Part shown: positions 12,367-24,422 of the stretch, in pieces
How positions within the stretch are numbered: the stretch's first letter is position 1
How the letters are laid out: every line of letters begins with the position of its first letter
Source: Eremomyces bilateralis CBS 781.70
Lineage: Eukaryota
DNA: 64,000 nucleotides
Assembly (NCBI GenBank): GCA_010015585.1
Contig: ML975153.1
Direction: 5' to 3' (one strand)
Notes under the pieces: generated by a model
What the model was told of the DNA's origin: nothing
The model's input: the letters and a program-made list of their open reading frames with translations, nothing else
The model's database searches: none
Program-made: the position numbers and the translations under genes

Positions 12367-15300
12367 TCATTGGGTGGCCTCATTATTGCCCTCGCTCGCC
12401 GGCCGGGCCTCCAAGTTGATGTCCGCTACACGGTCCTGGGCCTGCACACCCTCAGCGGGCACGGTCGGGGGCGCATCGCTCGCCTCCTCTTCGTTCACAT
12501 CTCCCGTCTCCGGATTCTGTCCTTCGACGTCCGGGTGAGGAGGCGCTACTCCCTCGTTCGAGATCTCGTTGCCATCGGCATCCACTATACGAGTCCGCGT
12601 CTCGTAACGGGTTTGGAAGGACACCTTGCCTTGGAGAGCGGAAACTTGTTCGTCGTTCAAAGTATTCCCATGCTCGTCACTACAAAAGACAAGCCGTATT
12701 AGAATGAATTGGCGCAATATTGGATGGATTAGACATACTGGTATTCTACGTTCTCCTCCCGACCGATCACAACTTGCCCATCCACCACTGGGGGAGGTTG
12801 TTCGACCTGAGGAGTCACTTTCGAATTCTCCGCAGGAGGCTCCTGTTGCTGGGCTTCGCCGATCGGAGCGGCGGGTGCTACAGACGATGGGACAGCCTCC
12901 GCTGCGCTCGGAGCAATGACAGCGGAGTACTGGTCATACTAGGATCGCGCGGTTAGAACCGAATGCACTCGATGATTCGCCAAGTGGGCTTACCGTAGTG
13001 TGAAAGTTGTTGCAGTCCCAGTCCCAAGTACCGAATAATTTGACCCGTTTGCACTCGTCCTGGGTCCACACATTTCCGTAGGAAAGCGGAGCGTAGAGGG
13101 TGAAGGCGACGATGCTGAAGGCGAGGAAAATGACCGCGAGGCTCTGCCCGATGATGGGTTTGTCCTTGAGCCCAAAGCTCTTGAACCGGTTGGTAACGTA
13201 ATCGAATATCTGACAGAAAACAATGATGGCGAAGTAGAGTGCGGGGAAATAATGATGAAGGAACAACTGGCGCTGCATCAAATAGAAAGGGAAGTAATGG
13301 AACCCCCATCCAAGGACGGTCGTTCCGATCTCGAAGTCGAATCGTTTGAAGGCGGTATGCTGGTAATCGCCGCAACTCCTCTGCCATCGAAGCACGGCAA
13401 TGGCCTTGAAGGCAAGGTATAGCGCCACAGCCACGGTGCTGGACCACCAAATGATGGGGTTGCCGATCAGATAGATCTGGCGATGATCCTTACCCCAGAA
13501 ATTGATCCCCCGCCGAAGAACTGGCCAGCTTGGTGGACGGGAGTCCCACGCGTGAGACTCGACTAGTCCCGCATTGGTGGTCCACATGACTCTCTGGAGT
13601 TCCCAAAACTTGCCGAAGAATCCAGGGTTGCGATAGTTGACGACTTCCGCATTCTCACCGAGCTTGGGATGGGCATTCGACTCGATGTACCAGATGCTGT
13701 TGGGCAAGGTCCCGCCACGGGCGCAGGTAACTTCTTGTTGCTCGAAACCCCAATCCGGGAGTTTGACCTTGTGAGAAAAGAGGACACAGCCGGTCATGAC
13801 GTGGACCAGTCTGAATTTGGTCTGGATGGTTCGAATGCGCTTCTTAGCCTCCTCCCCGTCAGACATGGACTTGACGATCTCGAAACGGAAGAGATCATTC
13901 GCATCGCCCTCGAATCCTTCATAGCCGTACGCCGAAACCTCAAATTGCCAATCAGCTTCGGTCACCGGGGGGCGTTGGTCGTGTGAATGAAGTCGACGAT
14001 GGGTAGTCAAATGGTACAGCTTAACAACCCCACCATCCTCGATCCACGTCGGATCGAACTGATCCCATGCCAAAGGTCCCTCGATATTCGACCCGTTGAC
14101 CATCAAAGGCTGTGTCTGATTCTCCAGAAGGAAGAGATTGTTCTCATCTTTGTGCGGGTATAAAGTGATCTGCTGTTGCTTGCTCCCGGCAGGATACATA
14201 TGGTTGTGCGAATGGAGGTATCCACCCTGGGTGTTGTGATGTCGTAGCAAGACCCGGCTTCCATAGGCGACATCGGCTGGGACGTCTTGCATGCCCTTAG
14301 AGTTGAGGGTAGCTTGGAATTCGGAGGACATGAAGCCATCACCATCACCAGGATTAACGAGGCAGACGAAATGGATCGCAAACATGCTCATGTAAAACGT
14401 GAGCGGAATGACGATCAGACAGAAGAATCGAGCAAAGAAATGCTTAAACCACAGCCTCTGCATATGGAGTTAGCCATCAGATGTATCAATGTTTCCGTAG
14501 GCGAACTTACCGGAGTGGTGGTTTCCGCATCTCCCAACAGCGTCCACAATTGAACCAGCGTCAAGCTACCGACCCAAGCAATAGTGAACAGGCCAACCCA
14601 TTTGACGCTTAACGTCGCTCCAAGTCCGAGACCACTCGCGGCCAACCAGAACCACCAGCTAGGAGTGAATGCCTGAGTAGGCCCTTGTTCATGTTGATTT
14701 GTGAAGTTCGTCCAGGCCAGGACAGTCAAGGCCGTGAAGATGACGAGGGGGGAATCGAGTAATATAAGGCGCGATTGAGTAACAAGTCCATTCTCTGTGG
14801 TCTTATCAGCAAATGTCCTATGTTCGGCGTATAATCCTTCTTACCAAAGATGACCAGTCCTGCGCCAAGAGCTGCAGTCGTGGTCCGGCAGCCGAACGCC
14901 TTTAATGTAAGAAACATCGTGGGAATGGACAGGACACCACACATGGCCGAGACCAATCGCATGGCGACATATGGAACACCGGGCTCGAGGTAATCTTTTC
15001 CGATGTCCTTGAAGTCGAAATCTCCGTCAAAGCCAGCCACCCAGCCGGCAAAGGTGATAAGAAGTTTAGCGAGCGGCGGGTGGACATCCATAAAGAATTT
15101 GCCTTTGATGTATTTGGAAGCGAACCCACCGAAGCTGGGAGATCGATTAGCAACGCGTACTCCAAAGGGAGCTCAACACTGGCACGATCAGACATACTGG
15201 ACCTCATCGAAGACCACGCTGCTGGGCTGGTATATCCTGAAGAGGCGCACTAGGGTCGCCAGGACGGTGAGAACCGCCAGCAGCCGCCAATCGCTCCCGG

Positions 15301-15460
15301 GAAGCGAGAGGATGTTTGTGTTCTTGACGCCATCGGAGGCATACCCTCGTGCAGATGACTTGGACTTCACAGGTCGTCCATTCGGTTTAACTGCGGTTGT
15401 CGAGGGAGGTGTTCGCGACTTTTCGTTGGTATAGGCCGTGCTCCGGCTTTTGGAAGCCAT
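12367..15460 (-). CDS. pmt1: Dolichyl-phosphate-mannose:protein O-mannosyltransferase, PMT1 subfamily; about 6 exons
   Basis: [31 protein letters not shown], MIR-domain segments (GYLHSHNHMYP, LHSHD, LPDWGFEQQEV), RQLFLHHYFPALYF, and an acidic C-terminal extension. Confidence 0.93.
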
Positions 15461-16523
15461 GGTAACAAACGGTATCGTCCGGAAAAACGGGAGGCGCGGT
15501 TACGGAGAGGGATCACAAGTTCTTGCAAGTGGTGGTCATGCCGCGCAAGCCAACACGTAATGATGGCCTTGACGCCGATGCGATGAAGCTGGGAAGTATG
15601 AAATTATGAGACTGGAAGTTCTCCAGATGAACAGGACCGGATAAAGAAGGGGCTAAAGAGTGTAGAAGAAGAGAAAAGGGCGGCGTGGATGGGGAAGTAC
15701 GAGAAGTCAGTAAGGACGTTGAAATGTTGAACAGTGGTAGACGGTGGTAGTGCAAGGGGCTCGTGTCGTGATGGAGATTTATTTTGGGGCTAGCAACGTG
15801 ATCGCTGACTTGCAATGGCCTACTATTGCTATGAAGACTGATGAGGAGTTGAGCCTTGAGGACACCTCTCAATTCCCACGGCCGTGTTCCACTGACACGA
15901 GCGACACCTGCACAACCCCCTGTTGCAGTCAGCCTCAGCCGTGTTCGCGGATCCCGTATGGGTGGAATCTCGCGAATCTGAATCGCGTACTCCGTACAGT
16001 GCTGATATTAACTGAAGGAGGTGAGAAGAGATACAGCCGATTGACAGTTGGTAGGGCTTAACAATACCGTAGCTACCGGATTATCTAAGGAATTACCTAT
16101 TCAAGGAATTATCTATTAAGGCAAGAGCAGGTAGGCCTCGGAATAGCAGTACATAATAAAAGAAATCACCAGGGTCTTCCCATGGTTGGCGGTTGCCCTT
16201 GCACTGGAGAACCACATTGACCGAAAACCGGAAAGGCATCAAGGCATAAAGATTGCTGATGCCTCAAATAGATCTCATCTGAACAAATCCATCTCCAATC
16301 ACACGTGATCAGCCCAGAATTGGGATTTGTTCGTGAAAGCTTCGTACTACGACGAGACCGACAACACCAGCGACCAGACAATTCAGATCAATTGGAACCC
16401 GGAGCTACTTTGCGCGGTGCTGCCAATATCCGCCTGCGTCCCGTTCATCCACCAACAGAATGCGACTTTCCCAGCCTCTCCATTGATCGTCCTCCATCTC
16501 CATTCGAAAACCCCATCCTCACC

Positions 16524-17680
16524 ATGGACAAGGTCGTCGCCAGGACGAAATATGTCATCCGATACGCGAAACGCCGGAATGCCCAAAAGGCCGCGAAGGA
16601 GGATTACGTAAAGCTCAAGGAACGATTCAACAACAGCAACGAACTGCGCGTGCGGCTCAACGAAGTGCTTCGTGCCGCAAAGCATGCACAGCGGGAAGAC
16701 TGGAGGCTCGGCCCCCTCGCGCCTCGTCGAGACGTCGGCGAAGGTCGGACCAAGTACGGCTATCTCGACGCCTTTCTAGCACACGGGGTCCCATTTTCTT
16801 ATCATGGAGGGGACCGAGCCATTCGTGGTGGGGACCGTGTTGTCGTGCTCGCAGGTCGGGATAAAGGGAAGATCGGAAAGGCGACCGATGTGAACCATAA
16901 GAACAGGACGTGCAAAGTGGCCGGACTCAATCAGGTGAGTAGTCAACCCTTCTCTGACGAAGACTATGATGACAGGGACTTCAATGGAACTGACAGATGG
17001 CGCAGTTTCAATACTATAGCCCCGAATGGCATCAAAAGGCAACGGGACTCCCAAACCCAGTCGCTACCGCGGAGCTCCCCCTTCGCCTTGACGATGTTCG
17101 TCTGGTCTGCAAGCATCCCGAGACCGGTCGTGACGTAATCGTAGAACGTTTGGAGGAGAGAAGAGTCTGGCGGGAAAAACACAACAAACATCAAACCCGA
17201 TGGTTCATTCCCGGCTGCGAGACACCATACCGAGCGGAAGGGATGGGTGCTCCGAAAGCCACGCCCTCCCGGCCGACCGATCGTGACACCCCCGACGAGC
17301 TCGCTGACGAAGAGACGTTCCAGCCGCAGCTCAAATACATGCCGATGCCGGCGTCGGTGATCGACGAGCTGCGTGGGAAATACAGCAAGTTCCGCACGCG
17401 GCACGACCGCGAGTGGGTGGAGCAGAAGAAGCGGGCGGCGGCAGAGGAACAGCGGAAGGTGGATCTGGCGGCGCGGAGCGGATTGAGTCCGTTGCAAGAG
17501 TATCATCTGATGATGAAGCAGAGGAAGGTGGCGAAGGACCCGCCGGCGCTCAGCGAGGAGATGTGGGCAAGGATTGCACAGGTCATGGCGGCACCGAAGG
17601 AAAAGAAGGCAACGGTTGTGCAATCTTTGATTGCGGCGCAAGATACTTCGTCTGTCCAGGACGTACAGACACAGTCCTGA
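16524..17680 (+). CDS. MRPL40: Mitochondrial large-subunit ribosomal protein uL24m (KOW motif); intron 16935-17005
   Basis: EDWRLGPLAPRRDVG, KOW motif GDRVVVLAGRDKGKIGK, PMPASVIDELRGKYSKFRTRHD. The intron joins the two ORFs in frame. Confidence 0.88.
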
Positions 17681-17828
17681 AGCCATTGGGGTTGCCCTGC
17701 GTAGTGTTGGCAAATCTATGTACCAATCCTACTTGTATTATATGTAGAATCCTCCCTGTACAGTGAAAGCGAAGGAAGCATTCTTATGATCATCATCGAT
17801 ACCCAGACCGACGTGGTTTCCCTCTGCT

Positions 17829-18782
17829 CTACCATACGCAGATGCCCACATACTCCGTCCGACTCCCCGGCGTCACCAACTCCATCCACTGCACCAGAAA
17901 GCGATCCACCAGCGGCAACAATATCCTCCCACTCAAGCTCAACTTCTTCACCCTCGCGAAACTCTCCACGTAGATCGTCCGCAACGCGTTCGCCTCATTT
18001 GCACCTCGATAATCAAAGAACCGCAGCACCGTGGCCGCCAACACCATGACCGTCGCCGTCGCCGGTCCGTTCGTGAGGATCAGGTTCGGATACCGTGGCA
18101 TCATCTTCCGCGGCCGCGCCCTCGCCGTCGCCTTCATCCGCCACATACCCGGCCCTTTGGGATCCGGCGGCGGCGTGCTCAGCAGCCGCAGACACGCCAC
18201 CAGGCACCGCAGGCAGGACATCGGCGCCGTCCATAGGCTCTGGTGGATCTTCCGTGCCCGCGGCACCACCACGACGTCCCAGGACCCGTAGTTCGGCCGC
18301 TGGTTATTCGTCCCTGGGTCTCGACTCGCCATTCCACCGGGAACACCTCGCGTCTCGCGGCTCGTTGCATCCCGCTCGCACGCACCCGCGAATTCCTCCT
18401 CGAACGCCTTCGCTCGCCGCACGCTCACCTCGTCCCCCTCGCTCACCACGTACCGGCGGTGCGTGTACTGGGTGATCCCGGACCCATCGTCGCGGTCGAG
18501 GTTCTCAAGCAGCGCCATCATCTCCGCGGTGTGCCCCCCGCTGCCGAGGACGACGAGAAGGTAGGTGTATTGGTTCGCAAGCTGCGGGTTGAAGGTGCCG
18601 AGGAGCTTAAGGCGGTGGTAGGGGGTGTTGATGCCTGGGGTGCGGGCTAGGTGGGGGTTAGGGTAGGGGCGCGCTTTTGGGGGTGGGCGTCTCGGGGCGA
18701 GGATTTGGAGGAGCCGGAGGGTGACGGCGATGGAGAGGGTGATGAGGAGGAGTAGTGTTAGAACGAGTTTGAGGTGAGCCAT
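17829..18782 (-). CDS. ALG14: UDP-N-acetylglucosamine transferase subunit Alg14
   Basis: N-terminal hydrophobic anchor; LLVVLGSGGHTAEM, VPRARKIHQS, LILTNGPATA and IYVESFARVKKLSLSGRIL...DRFLVQW motifs. Confidence 0.93.
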   Translation of the reverse strand: MAHLKLVLTLLLLITLSIAVTLRLLQILAPRRPPPKARPYPNPHLARTPGINTPYHRLKLLGTFNPQLANQYTYLLVVLGSGGHTAEMMALLENLDRDDGSGITQYTHRRYVVSEGDEVSVRRAKAFEEEFAGACERDATSRETRGVPGGMASRDPGTNNQRPNYGSWDVVVVPRARKIHQSLWTAPMSCLRCLVACLRLLSTPPPDPKGPGMWRMKATARARPRKMMPRYPNLILTNGPATATVMVLAATVLRFFDYRGANEANALRTIYVESFARVKKLSLSGRILLPLVDRFLVQWMELVTPGSRTEYVGICVW

Positions 18783-19183
18783 CTTATGTGGGGTTCGGAG
18801 ATATGAAGTTGTGTTGAGGTCTTGAAGAGGAGAAGAGGTTTGGTCAAGCGTTTATATGTAAAGCTGAACTCAACGTCCGTAAGAAACTTTCAAATGTTTG
18901 ACAGCAACTGCACGGTAAAAGAATGTTTGGCAATATTCCATGCTCTTGTGAAGTTTGGTTCCTTGTCGCCGCAACAACGTGAAATCTAACATATTCCGTT
19001 TATTTGAACCTGGACGTGTTGAAACCCATAACATCCAGATACCCTCCTTTTAACATGCTGGATGAGCGAACCGAGGAAATCCTTTATTCAGCTTCCCATC
19101 ATCCTATATGATGTTCTTATGGTTTCTTGAAATCATGTCATGTTAGGGACCTTTTCAATTTTCATAGATTTGGGGATCTTGTT

Positions 19184-19215
19184 GGGTGTGAGGGTGTGAG
19201 GGTGTGAGGGTGTGA
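19184..19215. repeat. (GGGTGTGA)x4 minisatellite
   Basis: Four consecutive 8-nt units read directly. Confidence 0.9.
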
Positions 19216-20124
19216 GAGTCGGGAGACTGACAGATCATATACGATATAGATTCTTGCTTCCACAATTTAACGCTAACCACTTCTGGACTATCAGAAGTCA
19301 GAAGTCTCCAGTCACCTCTCCTATCTCCAACATGCATGATCTATCAGGAATTCAGTGTTCTGGCCATAGAGAGAAATCACAGCAGCAAGATCCAAATGTA
19401 AGACCTACAATGGGGAATTACTAAGCTAACATTACTATATCACCTATTCCCATCTCCTTTCCTCCCGTCGTACATTCTCACAACCCCCGTGAGTCCCATC
19501 CCTGATTGTCGTTAATACTCGCTGACCACATGCAATGATGGCGACTTGAGCGGTCCATCTTGCCACTTCCGCCGTACCGTTTCCCTTGACGCCTCTCCCA
19601 AATCTTCGACGTAGCACAACATCTGCTCAGTGGGGTATCTTCTCCATCGTCCGTTTGAAATGTAAAATGGCACCTACTTGGCATCCTCCGTTGCATTGGT
19701 TTCCGGCTTCTTTGTTGACACAAGTTGCTCGAGATCGATTGTTGCAGGCCGAACAGGAACACACCAATATGGGTACAGGGGCAACCGCAGAATTAAAAAC
19801 ATGAAGAAGAACTGGAACCTCGTCACCCGTCGTGCGGAATGGCGTGGTATCCGGGAACGCTGCGTGCTAGGCGAAAGGTGATATTAACTGTATGAATGTG
19901 ACACATGTGCATAGCGCTCTCCAAGGAAAGCCCATCTAGGAACGCTTCGGGGGGTATGGGAGGATCAAGTCGTGTTGCTGGAGTCGGAGAACCACTTCGC
20001 CATGACGAAAGGGTAGAAAGAAAGGGTATTGTGTCCAAGCCAGATATTCTCCTCCGGAAAAATTCGACGGAAATCCACGGCCTATTACCCATCTGGAAAT
20101 AGACAATAGCTCGGGAGAAATGGA

Positions 20125-21340
20125 TCAGAAATTTTGCGCAATGCCAGAATTGCCCTGTTGCGGCCAGACGCTAGGATTTTCGATCCTCGTGTTTCTCCGG
20201 GCCGACACATCTCTGATCACCGGTTGCTGCCCATTTCCTTCATTTCCCGCACCAGCCATTCCATGGTTATAGGCCACATCGTACGCATTCTGATTGTAGT
20301 ATCCGTTGTCGTAGTACTGCTGCGAATCGACAGGGATCGGGGCGTCTCCCGACGATTGTTCGGAGCGTTGGCCAGCGCTGTAACTCGACGACGCGTTCGA
20401 TGGCCCTCGCCGCATGTTGCCGGCATTCGCTGAAGCTGCGGGTCCAGCGCCCAGCGCGCCGATAGTTTCGCCGTCCATGGGGTGTGCTAGCGCGTCGTCT
20501 GGGTGTTCATCCATATTTCCTCCAAGAGGTGGAGAACCGGGTGACCGGTAACCGCCTGGTACGCTGCCATTGTCGGAAAGGCCGGTCGCGGCTGCGCCGC
20601 CGGAGACGGTGGTCGATGTCTTGCGATGGGAGGCAGTCCCTGCAGTGGTCGTGGTGTTTCCCCAACCGCGGTAGCCCGCTTGATTCTCGCCCATTTCGGA
20701 CTCCGTGACGCCGCCAACGGCGGGGAGGGTCGGGTCGTTGTTCGGGTTGAAGCCGTATTCTTCAATTTCTTTCCGGCGCGCTTCTTCCGCATTCTTCCGC
20801 GCTTTACGTTTCCTCCACAGAAGAATACCGCCAACGACAAGAAGCGCCACAACTACCACGGGGACAACGACCGCAATGGCGGTTTTAGCACCCGCCGAGA
20901 GTCCGCTACGGGCAACTACATCACCATCTTTGCCGCCTGGAATGGCTGACGGTGCGGCATTGGATCTTGATGACGAGGGGCCGGTAGCGGTTTCGTCGGG
21001 AGTTGGATTGGGGTCAGGAGTACTGGTCAAGGTGACAACGACGGTGGACCCTGGGTCATCGCTGCTTGGCCCGATGATGGATGTGATAACTAACGTTGTT
21101 GGAGGGATCGATGTTGGCGCGGGTTCGGATGTAGGGGCGCTGGTCGGTGGTGATGTTGATGAGATGGGCGAGCTTGGGGGATCGGGGGAGAGGGTACTGG
21201 AGTCGTTAGGGGGTGGGATATCCGTGACTGAATCCATGGTTGGTTAGCGACAGCATTCGCGACCAAAAAAATCGGACAAAGGGTCTGTATGAAAGACCCT
21301 TTGATGCGAGAAGCAACGTACCAGTCGAATTCGAGGCCAT
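20125..21340 (-). CDS. Ser/Thr/Pro-rich single-pass membrane protein (Mid2/Skg6-like surface sensor); 19-nt first coding exon, intron 21228-21321
   Basis: ATG GCC TCG AAT TCG ACT G|gtacgt...gctaac...cag|TC ACG joins in frame (MASNSTVTDIPP). S/T/P-rich ectodomain, TM AIAVVVPVVVVALLVVGGILLW followed by RKRK, conserved-looking tail VIRDVSARRNTRIE. Confidence 0.8.
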
Positions 21341-21577
21341 TGCGCCTTAATAAAGCACGGGATCCGAACCTTCGGACCAGCGAAGAAGAATGAAGGGACG
21401 TGATGTGGACAAAGGGCGCTGGAATGTCGTGAGTCGCGTTGTCCCGAGGATGGAAAACGAAGCGAAAGGTCGCGGTGCGACGGGCTGGAATGGGATTCCT
21501 CGATTGTCGACGATGATGGGCGCGAATGAATGATGAAGGATGGAACTTGGATGCGGGGATGGAGTGGATGAGTTGCT

Positions 21578-21617
21578 GAGTGGTGAGTGGTGAGTGGTGA
21601 GTAGAGTAGTGAGTGGT
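21578..21617. repeat. Degenerate (GAGTGGT)n tract in the likely 5' UTR
   Basis: gagtggtgagtggtgagtggtgagtagagtagtgagtggt read directly. Confidence 0.7.
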
Positions 21618-23645
21618 GATTTGGCGGAGAATATGGGAGAGAGGGAAGAAGAAAGGGAGGTTACTGGGTGAATGCGTGAGAGCCAGAGAGGTAGCCAGAG
21701 AGCGGAGAGCGAAGGAACGAACAACGGTCGGACTACAAAGAGGCGAATGGATGAGCAGTACGTTATTATTGGACAGGGACGGGGTTTGACGATATTACTA
21801 AGGTCCAACAAATGAACCAGCCAACGCCAACACCACAAGTGACCACACTAATCCATAACCATCTCCTCTCGCTACCTTCGACAACAGAAGAGGGAATACG
21901 GAACACTGAATATTCGGAATATGCATTACCCATTCACCTACCTAGTTAGGCTACTCGGTTCTGACTAGCACTGCTAATACTGATGCATCATCATCATCCA
22001 GTTCCCTACGGACGCTGCCACGGTCTTGAATCTCCCTTTTACTAGAGAAGTACCAGGTATTCACCATGCCAGTTGCTGATTTACGTATGTATTCTCCTGC
22101 TACGTCGGTACTATAGCCTACACAGCACCTTTGAAGCAATCAATCTCATCCGCCTAGGCAATGTTCGTAGGAGTCCATTTGTTTCTCACACCGTAATATC
22201 CAAAAAAAGATCAGCACATTAACGAGGCTGCCCCGCAACACCCAAAGCCCAGATCTCATGACCAGCGGCATCCAATGCGACAGCCACCCGCACTGCCTCC
22301 CAATATGTAATCCCATGTGGACTGGCGATGGTCAGCTCCCGAAAAAAGATCCCCCCCCTCCAATGGCTTCCACCTCTTCGACGTTGCAGCCGCATCCCGT
22401 TTATCCGTCCATCCGCATATCCTCCATCCACACCTCCAACCATTCCGTGACGGGGCACCGAAATTGGCGAGGGGAGTTTTGTTGGCTCGCATGACGCGGG
22501 ATCGATCTCAAATCGTGTCTCTGGTCAGCTGAACGCCTAACCTTGATCGCAACGCGGGATATGTAGCAACAGCATCTATGATCATGTTCTCTAAAGATTG
22601 GTAATCCGAGACGGCTCTACAGAGTGCAGACTTAGCGGAATCCATCGGATTGTTATCAAACTGTCAGCGACCGCATACGGCTTACAAGGATTTGCGTATA
22701 TAACTCCGGGCCGTTTCGCGGATCAACAAGGTGTCAGCCGTCAAAGGTAACGAGCGACAACCGTGGTTCCTCAAATATCGTCCTAGGCCGACTCCATGTT
22801 GCCGGTGTACTCCGATCATCCTTGGTTGCAACTCCAAGCGTCTATCACGGTATACAGCGCACTCGGGTTGCCTGTGTTATTAAGCGCTTGAAGTTGGAGC
22901 TGATTTTATGTTATGACTACCGCCATGTTTGTGAGCCGGCAGGTGAATACAGATTATAGACCACGATACCAGCTAATAACCTCCTCGACCGTTCTGCTTC
23001 GGTATGAGGGTCCATGGAATTATGTGGAGTACACGACCTCCTGAATTCATCCTGATATTCAGCCCTACGGGTCAATCACTGGCAGGGTCCTGTTCCCAAC
23101 GAGTAGTCAACATATGGGATCAGCTGAAAGCAATGAATCCAAACTCGGACGACATTCCGTGAGTAAAAGGTAACCGGAGACCGCTCGACCCTGGCAGCAA
23201 TTCATGATTGAATCACCATCGCAAGCTACAATTCACTTGCACATATCAGAAGAGATGGGGAAAAGACCGTTATTTCAATCTATCGACGATGCCATATATC
23301 TCAGCTCGACTTCGATTTCCACAGGCGAGGGTCGACGGGGAACGGCTAGAAGTTGCACGAAGCAAAGCTCCTACGTCCTAGTCCTCACCTATGTGTCGTC
23401 GTCGGACCGCTATATTGACGATGCGTCATGTAAGCATGGACAAAGAAGCCTTGCTTTCCAAATTCCCTTGTGTAAAATATCCCAACCATACGCCCTTTCC
23501 GTCAAAGTAATATTTTTCTAGAATGGTCATAATTCGTTGCACTCAATCATCCGCCTTTGCGACAGATTCGAACGGACTCCAGCAACGCAATTCTTCAGGA
23601 AGACTGAATAGAGAGGCGCGGGATCACAATGCGATTGGTCATCGC

Positions 23646-24422
23646 CTAGTCGAACCACCACTCGACGCCAGCGACCCTTCCATCGCCACTCGGGGCAACG
23701 GCCTTGAACAGGCTCGGGCTCAGATCTAAATCGGCGCCCGTGCAGCCGGGGCAGGTATCCACGACCTTGGCCTTGGTCTGTTTTCCCTTGTAGCTGATGG
23801 TGATGGTCTTCCCGCACAACGGGTTCGCGTTGGGGTTCGCACCGTTCTTCATCACGCCGAACGCCACCGCGGCGATCATCTCGTCACTCGAGTGCGATTC
23901 CCCGCACGAGCCCATGCCGGGGTCGTAGTAGGTGATTTCGCCAGTGTAAGTTTGGCCGCTCGGAGAGGATTGAGGGTCGGACGCCCCGGAAGACGATGAC
24001 GACGCCGGCGCTGGGTTCTCCAGTTCGGGGGCGACCGGAGAAGGAGCGGGCGGTGCCTCTGTGGTTGTCGGCTTTGGAGGCGCGGGAACGAATTCGGGGG
24101 TCGGCACTGGGGCAGGCTTGGTCACCGCGGCCAGCTCGTAGAACTCGCCTCCAGGGTTAGAGGCAGCGTCAACAGATGAGGATGAAGAGGAAGACGAAGA
24201 CGGAGCGCTCGGCGGCGGGGTGGCCACATCGGGTGCTTGAATGTCGGCGGTGGGTTGCACCCAGATGGTCTTGGTCGAGTACACCGTCTCGATGACCTCG
24301 GAGGTCGAAGTCACCACGACCACTTCGCGCTTGTGCTGCTTATGGTTGTGCCTGTGGTGGTGGTGCGAGGGCGCGGCGAGAGCGAGGGCGCTGAGCGCAA
24401 GGAGGGAGAGTGTCGCCTTCAT
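23646..24422 (-). CDS. Secreted expansin-like / RlpA double-psi beta-barrel protein (Asp f 7-like)
   Basis: Signal peptide MKATLSLLALSALALA, His-rich segment ending in KR, S/P-rich linker, and C-terminal GEITYYDPGMGSCG...NPLCGKTITI...VVDTCPGC...DLDLSPSLF. Confidence 0.9.
   Translation of the reverse strand: MKATLSLLALSALALAAPSHHHHRHNHKQHKREVVVVTSTSEVIETVYSTKTIWVQPTADIQAPDVATPPPSAPSSSSSSSSSVDAASNPGGEFYELAAVTKPAPVPTPEFVPAPPKPTTTEAPPAPSPVAPELENPAPASSSSSGASDPQSSPSGQTYTGEITYYDPGMGSCGESHSSDEMIAAVAFGVMKNGANPNANPLCGKTITISYKGKQTKAKVVDTCPGCTGADLDLSPSLFKAVAPSGDGRVAGVEWWFD

Noticed and set aside
15554..15559. UPRE-2-like TACGTG upstream of pmt1
   Set aside because: Single hexamer about 95 nt from the ATG, probably within the 5' UTR; not distinguishable from chance.
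19184..19215. Telomere-like GT-rich repeat
   Set aside because: The unit GGGTGTGA is not TTAGGG and there are only four internal copies; an ordinary minisatellite.
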